Assembly (NCBI RefSeq): GCF_009834535.1
Contig: NC_045697.1
Location: forward strand, 35,528,001 to 35,592,000
DNA from: Camelus ferus
Lineage: Eukaryota
Length of the DNA stretch: 64,000 nt
Direction: 5' to 3'
Shown here piece by piece: positions 51,481 through 64,000 of the stretch. The position numbers and the translations under genes are program-made. The notes under the pieces were generated by a model. That model was not told the origin of the DNA and ran no database searches. It saw only the letters and a program-made list of their open reading frames with translations. Each line of letters starts with the position of its first letter. The stretch's first letter is position 1.

Positions 51481-53513
51481 GCCATTCCCCTGACTCGAAT
51501 TTTTTTTTTTTAAACTACACCCTTCCTACTGCCTTTCCACGAGTCTTCTACTCTGAGGATAACTAGTGGTTATATCAGACTGGAGTTTTATAAAAATACA
51601 CTCAGGAGTTATATTACCCAGAAGTCAATGAAATGGACACTTGTCAACGCTGCAGGGTCTCATTTGCGTGCTGGTCAGCACGGCAGGTAAAGAGCAGCTT
51701 CAGTACCCGGGCAGACTGCAGAAGGCCTGTTGCCCAGGCACTCGTAAACCAATATTCTGTCATCAAACCCAGAAGCGTTCTTCGAATCTCACTAATCTCC
51801 ACCCCTACTTCCGTTCCTCTTAATCTCCCCCACCCAGAAGGTAGAACTCCAGTGCTGAATTTGCTTTACGTTCGGTTGGTTGGCCCATCTTAAAAAGGAG
51901 AGTCCTATTGTTATACAGCAAGCAGAACAGGGAGGCAGAAAGAGCTGGGAACCGGAGACAGCCCCGCTAACTTCCAGGCCTGGCTCTGCACAGAAGCAAG
52001 CTGAATCATTTTGGGCAATTTATTAACCTCTCTGAGTTTCAGTACCTCCTCTACTAAATGGGAGAGGCTGGAATTAGATGATATGTAAAGTTCCTTTTTG
52101 GATGTCAGGTTTTTTGTTTTTTTTTTTTTTTTTCAGTCTAGATAAGCTTGTTTCTGAAATACTACCAGGAAAAATGCAGCTGGCTTCTGTTATGAGTCCC
52201 TGGGCTTTCCCATTACCCTTCTAATCAGGGATCCTGGAAGAAGGGGAGCTCAAAACACAGCTAGAGTTTTCTACTTAGCCTTACTTCCTTGTGTTTACCC
52301 CCTTTCCCCACGTTTAAAGAACCAGCACTGACTATTTCTTCTCCATCGAGATTGCAGAAAAATTAAAATTCACCTCTAGCACAAAGCCTTGGGTTCCCCG
52401 TCCCCACCTTCAGAAGTGCCTGCTTGTTACTTAGTCCCAGAAGGTTGAGGATAACAAATCCTAATACATGTATTTAGCCTTCTTAAAACTACTTCTTACC
52501 AAAAAAATTTGTTTTTTCTTGCCCTGTGGCCTAAATACACTTGAAATGTTACAAAGTATATTCAGTTTGTCAGAAGACAACATTTAACACAAATGACACT
52601 AACAGCGGCTGGACCAAATTAAATGATTGTTTTAGAAACTACCAGTAAGTCCTAAGAAATGCCAAAGTTTATTGTACTTTCCCATCTCACTAACAATGGT
52701 GCATCCCACTGAACCATTTCAATCTAGATTCTTCACTCACATACACACATACACACAGACACGTGCGCATAATAGAGACTGCACGCTTAGAGACCAATGC
52801 CGTTCCAGAGTCTGTGGCCATTCCCTGGGCACCATCATTTCTCTTTGACTCTGGCATTTGACTTTTGACATCCCTGTTCTTCTAAGGCTCTAATAATTCG
52901 TCTCCTTGCCTTCCCACTCTCCCCACCCACCACTTGTAGCTATTCTTCAAGAGCCAGACTTTAGAAATCTCTTCCACCTTCATGCCTGCTTCATCTCTTA
53001 CTCCTATGCTGATGAATTTCATATCTATAATCAGGTCCTGTTCTCATCTGAGTGCTCACTTCTGCAGTTGCCAGGATATTTTCAGTTGTGCTATTGTCAT
53101 CTCAAAGTCAGATCAGTCTAAAACCAACCTTACCCTCTCCCATGCCCCAAGACTAAGTAGTCTTTATCATGACATATTCTACCTCCTTCTCACCAGCATA
53201 ATCTGTTGATACCAGCTTCTAAATTCATGCTAAACCTGAGCACTTTTCACCACCCCCACTGCTGCCATACTGTCCACCTTTGGTCATCTTTCATTTGGAT
53301 TATTTAAAAAATGATAACCCAAAGTGATTCTTCTGAATGTCAAGTCAGATTGAGTTACTCTGGCAAAACTCTCCAAACTTCCTCTCTCAGAATAAACGTT
53401 CCTACAATGGCCATCAAACACAATTGTTCTCCTTTAAACTATGTGACCTCAGCTATTATTTTCTCCCTTGCTCAACCACTTCAGCAATACTGGCCACCTT
53501 GTTCCTTCTAGAG

Positions 53514-53722
53514 CAAAGCTGTCCAATGGAACTTTCCATGGTGACTAACATGTTCTATCTGTATATCTGTATGCTATATTTGCACTGTCCAATATGGTGG
53601 CTATTCGGCACTTGAAATGTGGCAAGCGCAAACTGAGGAACTGAGTTTTTAACTTCATCTAAGTCTAATCTAAATTCAAATAGTCACATATGGCCAGTGG
53701 TGACTGTATTGGCTGGAGCAGT
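53514..53722. mobile_element. MER3-like hAT MITE within L2
   Basis: gctgtccaatggaactttcc...cacttgaaatgtggc...gtattggc, flanked by ttctaga. Confidence 0.75.
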
Positions 53723-53924
53723 TCTAGAACACACCAGCCATGCTCTAGCTTCAGGACATTTTGTTCTTGCTGTTCCCTTTGCCTGGAAAGCTTTTCATGC
53801 ACTGATATTTCAGCAAGATATCGACATCCTTGCTTCTTTACCTCCTTCAAGTCTTTGCTTCAGTGTCACCTTCTCAGGAGACAGTGTTCTGTTTACAGTT
53901 GTAATCTCCTGCCCTCACCCCTTA

Positions 53925-54063
53925 TTTGAGGCAGGGGGAGAGGTAATTAGGTTTGTTTGTTTGTTTATTTATTTATTTACTTATGTCTTAATGGAAGTAC
54001 TGGGGATTGAACCCAGGACCTCCTGCATGCTAAACATGCTAAACATGAGCTGTACCCTTCCCC
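53925..54063 (-). mobile_element. tRNA-Ala-derived SINE (vic-1-like), internally rearranged
   Basis: ggtaattaggttt...gtactggggattgaacccaggacc; internal 9-bp duplication catgctaaa; no TSD. Confidence 0.82.
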
Positions 54064-56493
54064 TGCCAGCTGCATCTTAATGATGGAGCTGCATCTTAAT
54101 GATGGACTTCCAGTTAGAGAGGAGGATGAAGGATGGAGGAAACAGCATGTGCAAAAAGCAAGGAGGAGGAAAAAGCTAGCATATTTGGGGAGCCTGTGAC
54201 TACTTCCAGGCAGGGAGTGGATGTGAGATGAGGCCAAGGAGGTAGGGTGGTGGGGACCAGAGGATGGGGGGCTTGGCTGGTGTGTTAAGGAGTTTAGACT
54301 TTACCCTGAGGCAATGGGGAGAAGCTAAAAGCATTATGCAGGGAGAAAATAGGTTTGGATTGTATTCAGGAAAGTTTGCTCTAGCTGTTGCATGATGGGG
54401 AAGTTGGAAACCCTAGCAGAACAGAGAGGGCTGGGGGATACTTTAGGCAAGAGATAATACAGATCGGCATCTTGTAAACTACTCTGAGGCTTTGAGTAAA
54501 CAAGGTCGAGCGGTCCCAGGATGGTCCTTAAGGTTTATGTAAGAGTATGCTACTCCAAATGCCCCCAATTTATCAAGTAACATCAGTGTGGTTTTATTGA
54601 TCAATTCTGTCAAAGAGCCAAATAACCACCTATGCAGAATCTAATTACTCTGGAGAGATGCCAAGATGAGAAGAGAAATTAACCTCCTTAAGATGTTAGC
54701 AGTACCTGAAGAAGGCCAACTCTGGGCTGAAACTGTCCTCTCTCTGACATGCTTTTGTTTCTACTCAGACTTCTGGGCACTGGGGACTTGATTTTGGTCA
54801 GATGCTCCAAGACTTATTACTTTAAAAAATGTATTCTGTGTACAAAGGGTAAGAGCTTACTATATCCTCAATAACCCCATCCCTAAGATAAGACAAACCA
54901 CATTTCTTAAAGTAAGATAATAGACATCAAGACATTACACTCTGGAAATTTCTAATTATTTGATATATGAGTGGGGATGGCAGGGCAGGCTGGTAATGCT
55001 GCCTCTTGAATTACTCTCCTCTCGCGCTATAGAAATCGGTACTAACGAGTGAAAACAGCATATTAAATATCAGCACATAAAAGGAGCTTTTAAAGAGTTG
55101 TCCCCTCTGTTTTAGAATAAGCTTTGTGGTAGAAATAGAGGCTACCTTTATGTCAAGGTGTACAAAATGCTGTTGCCATTGCTACAGTGACTTCAAACAG
55201 ACTCTGCTCTCCTTCACTCCTCCCTCTTCTGTATTCTTGGGGAATCGGTTTAATTAGTGAACTTATAGAGAATATTTTTATTCCCTTTAGGACCTTTATC
55301 TCTTTATTAGCCAGTAATGAATAAATGCCAAACCTTAGTGTCTCAACATAACAGAGGTTTATTTCTCATTTGGGCAAAGTCTGATGGCAGTTCCCGCCCA
55401 TCACTGGCTCAGTGTCAGGCATCCCGTCAGATGCAGCAGGACCTCAAGGATTCTGCAGAAGAGAGGGAGCAAAGAACTTGCCCTGCTCTTACATAACACA
55501 CATCCCTGGCACTCATCGTCCCTTGGTCAGAATTAGTGGCTCCCATCTAATTGTAAGGGAGTCTGAGAAATGTAGAAAAGCACATGGAATATTTAATTCA
55601 TGCTACTACTCTGCCACTGTTAATAATGATGAATCCATGGTTACAAAAAAAAGTTGACAGATGGTTAAGGAATATTATTTTCTTTTTAACAGAGAGGCGA
55701 TCAACTTTAAATTTGATTTTTCCTTATTTTCGTCTTGGACTAACTGGTTCATGTAAACGTCATCATTGTTTGATATTCAAGAAGTATCAAAAGAAGTCCA
55801 ATAGGGATGTTAACTATGGTTCAAGACACTCAAATCCAATGGAGAAACTTAAATAGGAGCTTTTCCTAAATTGTGGAGATATATATAAGCCTAATTTTTC
55901 TTGTATCTAAAATTCAGGATTTCAGTTTAAAAACTTGTTGTGGAGGCAGTGGTGTGTGGCAAGGTGATGATGTGGAACAGAGGGTTGATTTCGGGAACAA
56001 TGCTGCCTGAAAGGCTGCCCACATAGGGGACTGCACTTCCCTAGGGGAGCAGTTGTAGCCTGTTCTAACCACCACTTATTTTATTTTATTTTTTTTTACG
56101 TTGCAGAGTACTTTATTTAAAAACATTTTGAGGTATGGTTGATGTACATTATTGTGTAAGTTTCAAGTGTACAACATAGTGATTCACAATTTTTAAAGAT
56201 TGCACTCCATTTATAGCTATAAAATACTATGGCTATAAAAAGCTATACTCCCTGTGCTGTACAATATAGCCTTGTAGCTTATTTATTTTATACATAGTAG
56301 TTTGTATTACTTTATCCCCTATAACAGTGTTTAAACAGCCCTTGAAAGCCTTCAAAGCATTCTTCATGCATTATTGCCTTTAAACTCTATAAGAACCTAT
56401 GGTTTTATTTTCTACATTTTATAGATGAGAAAACCAAATCCCAGGAGTGCAGCTTGCCTGCCTAAAGTCACTACACTAGAAAAGGTAGAACTT

Positions 56494-56886
56494 TGGGGAA
56501 GGGGGAGGGAAGGGATAAATTGGGAGTTTGAGATTTGCAGATACTAACTAATATGTATATAATAAATAAACAATAAGTTCATACTGTATAGCACAGGGAA
56601 CTATATTCAATATCTTGTAGTACCTTATTTTTTTTTTAACATTTTTTATTGATTTATAATCATTTTACAATGTTGTGTCAAATTCCAGTGTTCAGCACAA
56701 TTTTTCAGTCATTCATGGACATATACACACTCATTGTCACTGTAGTACCTTACGGTGAAAAAGAATATGAAAACGAATATATGTATGTTCATGTATGACT
56801 GAAGCATTGTGCTGTACGCCAGAAATTGACACAACATTGTAAACTGACTATACTTCAATAAAAAATGTATATATACGAAAAAGAAA
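56494..56886 (+). mobile_element. L1 3' fragment containing an antisense younger L1 3' fragment (56628-56740), all inside a MIR
   Basis: Outer TSD agaaaaggtagaactt / agaaaaagtggaactt; inner perfect TSD tgtagtacctta at 56616-56627 and 56741-56752. Confidence 0.88.
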
Positions 56887-57847
56887 AGAAAAAGTGGAAC
56901 TTGGATTTGAAACAAGGTCTTTTGCTTGTCAAGTCCTGTCTCTTATTCCCTACAGAGGAAGGGAAGGTGTAAGGAAATTCCATTTATTTGCAGTGTCCAT
57001 TTCCGGCCATCCTTCCCCAACCCTGCCAGATACACACCCTGGATAGCAGGGTAGGGAGGAAAGTAGGTAGAAATTAGGGCTTTGTTTTCCACGTGTGACT
57101 TTCCATGATCAGCTGTAAGGACTTGCAAATGCTTCCCCTCAGACTCGACTCCACATATTTCCTGTTGATCATCTCTTCTTCTTGCTCATTTACTTGACAG
57201 ATTTGGAAATGGTATTCTTGTTGTATGTAAAATGAGTCTTTTTAAAAAAGAAAAGTATTAAAAAATAAAAATGCCAGGCAAATCATTTAATGTGGCAGCA
57301 GTGTTCATATTTTAAAGGCATATTGTGGTAAATCCTTTTGCACGATTTAATTCTTATCTAGATTAGATGAAGCATATTTTGTGTGTAAAAGATCAAAGTT
57401 TCTTAAAGTGGAAATAACTATTTTGTACTGAAATTGATAGATCTGAATAGCTTTTCAAAGTGAAGTTGGCAAGTTGATTAAAAATATTTAGTGGTAAGCT
57501 TTATTAATTTTGTGATGAAAAATTCTTTCTCTCCTTTTCATGTTGTAGGGGTGATTCAAGTTAGGAATAGAACAGTAGGTAGGAGAGAACCATTGGGATG
57601 ATCAGGCTCTCATGAGAGGAGATGTTAATAAGGTCAAGGGGTTGCTCAGAAGTAAAGGAAGTGGAAGGGATCGGCAGATTGGTGGTTGAACTGGCGTACA
57701 CGTAACGTGCAATGACAAAGATGGCTGGCATGGAGAGAGCTGCTGGAGGAAGGAAGGAGGAAGGAAGGCTGCATAAGTTGTGGGGAGGTACATTGTGAAG
57801 GACCTTGGAAATTAGGAACCTTGGTTTGGGTTCATTACCTTTGCATT

Positions 57848-58010
57848 TTTTTTTTTTTTTTTTTTTTTGCAGGGGATGGGGAGGTAATTAGGTTTATTTA
57901 TTTAATTATTATTACTATTTTTTTTTTTTTAAATGGAGGTACTGGGGATTGAACCCAGGGCCTCGTGCATGTTAAGCATGTGCTCAACCATTTGAGCTAT
58001 ACCCTCCCCC
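57848..58010 (-). mobile_element. tRNA-Ala-derived SINE (vic-1-like)
   Basis: Poly-T tail, ggtaattagg motif and tRNA-Ala-like head. Confidence 0.88.
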
Positions 58011-59599
58011 ACATCTGTGTCTTTAACTCTTGTTTGTTCCTCAACCTGAACAATTTGGAACAACATCAAGTACCACACCCCTCGCCCCGCCCCCACATCA
58101 TTCTGCTATAACTGCTCTCACAGTGGTCACTAGAGGCCACCTGGTGGTCAGTCAAATCCAATCTTTTGTTTTCATAGTCCTTATCTCCTTGATTTCTCTG
58201 CAGCATTTGACACATCTTATCCAATTTGATGGCTTTAGCTACTTCCCAGATGCTGGTGACTCCCAAATCTATCTCCAGCTTGGGCATTTCTCCAGTGCTT
58301 CTGACCTGGATGGCCACCTATTAGCTCCAGACAGCTCCATGTGAATGTCCACATCCTCTGACCCAACACAAACCAGACAGGACTAGTTATCCTGCTTCCA
58401 GTCTTGCTGGTCCTCCTCTTGTGACCTCTAACTGGGCAATGACATCACAATCTCCCCTGTGGCCCAAGTTGGGAACCCTGGGCGCCCTTCCTATCCATCA
58501 CACCTTGAAAATGAGTTCATCAAGCCCTGAGGATTCTACCTTTTAAAGATCTGTCAACTCTCTCCCACCTTTCCCCTTTAGCTGCTATTGCTCTTATACA
58601 AAAGCCAATCATTTCTTGCATATGTGGGAAAACCTGCTTCTGGCATATGTTTAGGGCAGATCTCAAGTGAACTTTGTTGCAGTGATGTCTGCAGCTGCAG
58701 GGAGAAGAGGTCCAGGTGCAGCAGCTGCAGGCTGTGCAAGAATTCTGTCCCTAACAACTCACAGGATTTTCACAGCCATCGCGGTTACAAAAGGAGGCTG
58801 GTAGCCCATCTCTTGCATAGGGGTTGGCAGCTTCAAAAGAATACTTTTTTTTTTTTTTACTGTTAATAATGCTGGTGGTTATAGGCTGGAATATTCTACT
58901 TTCTTCTGTTACCTCTACTTTTCTAATCTACATGAAGCCACTAGAATGAGTTTGAAGTTTGCTTGTTGAAGTTCCACACCTGCAACGTGGCGTATTACTA
59001 TTGACTTCCTGCCTTCCTCCACGCCCCACTCTGATCCAATTTTTGTACAGCTGTTTGTGGGACCATTTCTGTGGCTCCTCACTGCTCACACCAGTGATTC
59101 TCAACCCGGGCAAAGCCTCTGAGACAGTGTTTCTGAAACTTACCCACAGAAGTTAATGCATTTTACTTCACAACATAGCACATATATGCCCTTATACTTA
59201 GATAACTGAAACAAAGTTTTCACAAATAATTCTTATCTTTCATAATTGTGATGTACTATTTTCTTTTTCATTCTTTTTTTTTTTTTAGGGGTAGGTGGGT
59301 GAGACTCACTAAATTGATCTTACTGTCCATCAGTGCTGTGGTTCTTGATCTTAGTTACACGTAACAAATCATCTAGAAAGCTTTTTAATGTCCAGACCCC
59401 ACAATAGAGCAATTAGAATTTCTAAGAGTGAGAGCCCACACACCCCTCAGGCGAAGGCTTTCCTGAATCTTCTTGGTTTCCTACCACTTCCTCCTTTGAG
59501 CCTCACCTCTGAATTCTGGAACTACCTTTCTTATAGCAAGTGATACTTGGTTTTGCATTCATTTACATGTTTATCTTAGATTATAAATTCCTTGGGGGC

Positions 59600-59970
59600 A
59601 AGTGAAGTCAGAGAAAGACAAATACCATATGATAGGACGTATATGTGGAATCTAAAAAAATGACACAAACGGACTTATTTACAAAACAGAAACAGATTCA
59701 CAGATGGAAAAAAACTCTTATGATTACCAAAGTGGGAAGGTGGGGGAGGGATAAGTTAGGAGTTTTGGATTTGCAGATATTAACTACTGTATTTAAATAA
59801 ATAAACAACAGTGTTCTACAATATAGTGCAGGGAACTGTATTCAATATTTTGTAATAACCTATAATGAAAAAGAATATATATAAATGTATAACTGAATCA
59901 CTCTGCTGCACACCAGAAACTAACACAACATTGTAAATCAACTATACTTCAATTAAAAAAATAAATAAAA
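59600..59970 (+). mobile_element. L1 3' end fragment
   Basis: agagaaagacaaataccatatgat...acaacattgtaaatcaactatacttcaattaaaaaa. Confidence 0.85.
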
Positions 59971-62900
59971 ATTCCTCAAGGCAAGAGACTGTCTTGCATC
60001 CCAGCATCCAGCACCCAGTAGCTCCCTCCATAAAGATTTGCTGAGAGCATAGATACACAGGTAAAGCAGAGAATAACTCATCTCCTTCTTTGGCTTCTTG
60101 GTAATTCATCTTTCTTCTTGGCTGTCCCTCTTGTTGCTCACTATTCTTGTTTTGTTTTTTGTTCACTGGCCCTTCTTCCTCAGCCCACTTCTGAAATAGC
60201 AAAATTACCCTCTGTCCTGCCCTTAGTCCCCTCGCCGCTCATCTGTGCACCTGGCTTCCACGCTCCCTCTACTGGAGGCTTCCAAAGCTGCATCCCCAAT
60301 CCCCATCTCTCTTCTGAGATCCAGGTTACTTTCCAACTACTTTCGGTAAAAAAGCATGTTTGAGAGTTTGGCTCCAGTGCCAGAAGCAACGGGAATGGTT
60401 TGAGTTTCCAGCCTGACCATTATCTCTTCCAAATTACTTAAGATATTTTTTCCTCGCTGGTGAATTCAAGATGATGGATGGTATCCAGTTTGGAGGGCTG
60501 TTTTGATGATTAAATGAAACGTTTAAACATGTATTTAAAACTGTTAGCACAGTGCCTGGCTGGGATAGAGTACATGTTCAATAATGGTTAGGGAACTATC
60601 ACTGGACGTCTTTATCTGGAGGTCCTTTGAACCCCTTAAACTATCTGAAAACAGTATCCCACCTCTTACACCTCTTTCCTGTTTCCAAACCTCCTAACTT
60701 TCTCCGCAGATAATGCTAGAATCCAGGGGACCTTGGCTGACACAGATGTGATTTGGGGGCTGTGGAGGATTTTTAGGGGACCCTTGTCATCTCCACAGCT
60801 CGTAGCATCCCTCAGCCAGACGTTACACCTTCCTATCTCCTCACCAGACTCGCTCTCCAATCCTAACTATCTGGTCCACTCCTGCCAGACTAATTCTTGT
60901 GAAGTGCAAAACAAATCCTCCACTTGCCCTATTAAATCTTTCAGTGATGGGACAAAGCCCAGAGCTCTTCATGTGGCAAATCAAGTCCTTCATTATTTGG
61001 TCTCTGGACCCTGGCATCCTTGCTGCTTCTTGCCTTGGTCCCTGCTCCAACGGCTTACCCCTCACCAGAGTGCGTTTTGCTCCTTGTACAATTCACTATC
61101 TTCCTAGAGCATTTAATAAACTCTAAGGGAATTATTCATTCTTTCTGGGTTTCCTATTCTCCATCCTACTTCCCCAGCTGGTGAGCTCATTGACAGCAGG
61201 CAACTTTTTATTTTTTAATGGAGTTTTGTTTCCTGAGATGACAGCCCAAGGCTTACAAATTAAAGGCACTCAGTGATTTGTAAATGGATGAACTTTGGAA
61301 TTAGAAGATAGTATAGTTTTAGCTCATATTTTTGTTTTATTTATCTTGTGGGAGCAATTGGTAGAATAATGTCACTCTATTGCAACTTGAGTGTCTTGTG
61401 CAATGCTTTGTGTTAGACTGCTGCAGCATGTTGTGACACGTTTTGGGAACAGGAACCATCTGATATAGTATTTAAGTTGTGTTACACACTCAGTTGACAA
61501 ACATTGGACCCCAACTTTGTAGCAGACACTGGGCAAGGCATAGGAGCATACAGTAATAACACTACAATAATACTAATTATTAAATACCTCCTCTACTCTA
61601 CACCTAAGTTAGCTCGTGAGATCACCTTCTAAACATGAGTAAATGGAGGCTCATATTTAAAAGGTCTTTTCTAAGGAAAGGCAGCTAATAAGTGGAGAAC
61701 CATATTTGAACCACAGTCTGCCCACTCAGTCCACTGCTCCATTCAGTTCTGTGTACCACCTCGCAGGTACTAACTGTTGAACATCTTTTTACCTTTAGGG
61801 TGTGGAACTCGAATTATTTTGATTTAATTCTCTTAACACTCTACAGGCCATTATTCTCTTTTTCCTGGAGAGAAAATGGGCTCAGAGAGGTTAAAGAACC
61901 TCTGCAGGATCACACAGCTCTGTGGTAAGGGGCAGAGCTGAGATACTCAGGTCTGCTTGACTCCCGAGCCCATTCTCTGCCCACTTAGCACACGACATGA
62001 TCTAGCCAGAGTAAAAGGCTGTAAAGCGGGGAACTGAAGTTCACTGTGGTAAGGGCAGGAGTGAAACAGCAATGGACCAGGAGCTGCTTGTTCAGCGAGG
62101 AAGGAATGGAGGTAGCTGTTCAGGCTGTGGGTTCCGATGTTCTGATCACGTCAGCAACATCACTCATCACTCATCAGATATCATTGGACCCTTCAGTTTG
62201 CCATGGATACTAGTGGCCCGACAACTAGTACAAACATGAGAAAGGCAAAGCCATTTATAACAAAACTCTTTTAAAGTCTTTTTAAGAGAAAAAGATAAGA
62301 GGATGAGACAAAGAAAGAAATGGCAGCAACAGAAATCAGTGCTACAACAGAGCTAGTCACCAGGTACTGTTTCCCAGGAATGGAAAATAAACCAGCAGCT
62401 CCCCCTCTGCTACAGTAAGTTCAGCCCATCCAGACTGCTTACCATGCCTGTAGGGCCCTCCAGGATCTGTCCTGCCAACCTCTCTGACCACCTACCTGCT
62501 GCCCCGTGCACCTGCTTCATGTCGCAAGGTTGCCAAACTTGTTTGGGCCATCGGCTTTTGCCCTTGCTGTTCCCGCAGCCCCACATGCTCTTTCTCTAGT
62601 GCTTTGCATCCGGGACTTACCTCCAATGTCTCCTCCTCAGAAAGGCCTCCCTGACTGCCACCCTCATTCATTTCTTTGTCACATCATTAAGTCTTCAGAT
62701 TAGAGCTAATCACGATCTAAAAGCCAGTACAGTTTAGTAGTTAAGAGTGTGGGCTCTGGAAGCAGGTCTCAGTTCTGACTTTTTACTAGCTAAATAACCT
62801 TGGGCACATTATTTAACCTCTCTGGGTCTCAGTTTTCTCTTCTGAAAATGGGGATGACGACAATGATACTCCTGTCCCCTAGAGTAATATTGCGGGGATT

Positions 62901-64000
62901 AACTGAGTTTATGTACATAAAGCATTAACAGTGCCTGGCACTTAGAGGCTATGTAATAAAGCCAAAGTGGGTGAATCATCTAATTTTCATTCATCCTTCC
63001 AATATGTGTTGAGTTTGAATAGAAGAGATGCTAGGATGCAGAGCTGGGAATGCAACAATGAACGGACCAGGCACAGCCGCTGTCCACAAGAGCTTACTGC
63101 TCAGTCTGAACCATTTCTCTTGCTGACACAGATCTGCATTTTACTTATAGACTTTTGCCTAGAGGTCATCTAAACTTTTCTTCTTCGTTCTAGTTTCTAT
63201 CCCCCACTTCCTGTCTTGGGCTTCCTAGTGCCTCATTATGGCTTCATGTGACACATGAATCTATGTGTTTTTACACCCACACGATTTGTTACTTGTAGTT
63301 GTGTTTGTTCCTTTAGAGTTAGAATTAATTAAAGATTTGGCTAACGAAGGAAATGGTAAAAGGTTACCAACGAGATGACAAAACTAGAAAAATAGCTGAA
63401 AAGTCTACTTCCCGGCTTCTTCTGTTCTGTTCAAATTGCTTAGAATTTTCCATAACCACTTGAACCAACCAATTCTTTCCCCAAACCTCCCCAATTTCTT
63501 CTCGCCTAGATTGCACTTCCTCTCCAAAGCCTTCCCTAACTTTCTAAGACAACGGGCTCTTTGGTAACCTTGTGCTCATCCCCATAGTATGACTTATTAT
63601 TCCACTGCAGGGTCACTGCTCTCGCCTCTCCTCCACGAGTCTGTATCGCCATATGGCCTGGGCCATCTTTTTTTGTCTTACTCTCCACTGTATCTTCAAC
63701 CCAGCAATACCTTCTTATTGTTAACAAGTAGTGCTCTTTTGTATCTATTGAACTTAGGTAGAGGATAAGAACCAATGAAGTGGGTAAATTAGGAGACAGT
63801 GATTTGTATTGTGTTACAAAAGGAAGAGTCCCTTTATAAAAGAATTTTTTGCAGGGTTCCATTGAGTGTGGAGACAGGGTTATTGCTATAAAAACAGTCC
63901 CCAAATTTCAGTGACTTAGTACCCACAAAAAAACTTTCTTGGTTATGTAATAGTTCAAGTGTTCAGTTAGGAGCCTTCTAAGGCTTGTGGCTCCATTATC

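Noticed and set aside
49790..51700. p53 response element (SPATA18 is a known p53 target)
   Set aside because: Only mismatched half-sites were seen (e.g. GGACATGTGC, GAACTAGCCA); no convincing paired RRRCWWGYYY.
51088..64000. SPATA18 exon 2 (expected ...[24 protein letters not shown]...)
   Set aside because: No matching sequence found by eye. It most likely lies beyond the window, so gene loss is not claimed.

Overview
Mammalian genomic DNA, probably camelid: it carries five copies of a tRNA-Ala-derived vic-1-like SINE. The window covers the syntenic LRRC66 - SGCB - SPATA18 locus. LRRC66 (minus strand) has four coding exons at 19739-1667. Its last exon carries a frameshift near 2815, predicting a 516-aa truncated protein while about 380 downstream codons stay open in another frame. 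SGCB (beta-sarcoglycan, minus strand) is complete: six coding exons at 42479-25649, 322 aa, with a 12-Ala N-terminal tract. SPATA18/Mieap (plus strand) is represented by its CpG-island promoter, first coding exon (51001-51087) and part of intron 1. The rest is intronic or intergenic and rich in old repeats (Tigger, hAT/MER, MaLR and ERV1 LTRs, L1, L2, MIR). Repeat family names and human comparisons come from recalled sequences, not database searches. The most notable observations are the LRRC66 frameshift, a possible decayed coding tail in its 3' UTR, a divergent signal-peptide-like 30-codon sORF in the SPATA18 promoter, RFX/CRE motif clusters at SPATA18, and a nested inverted L1 pair forming a long hairpin.
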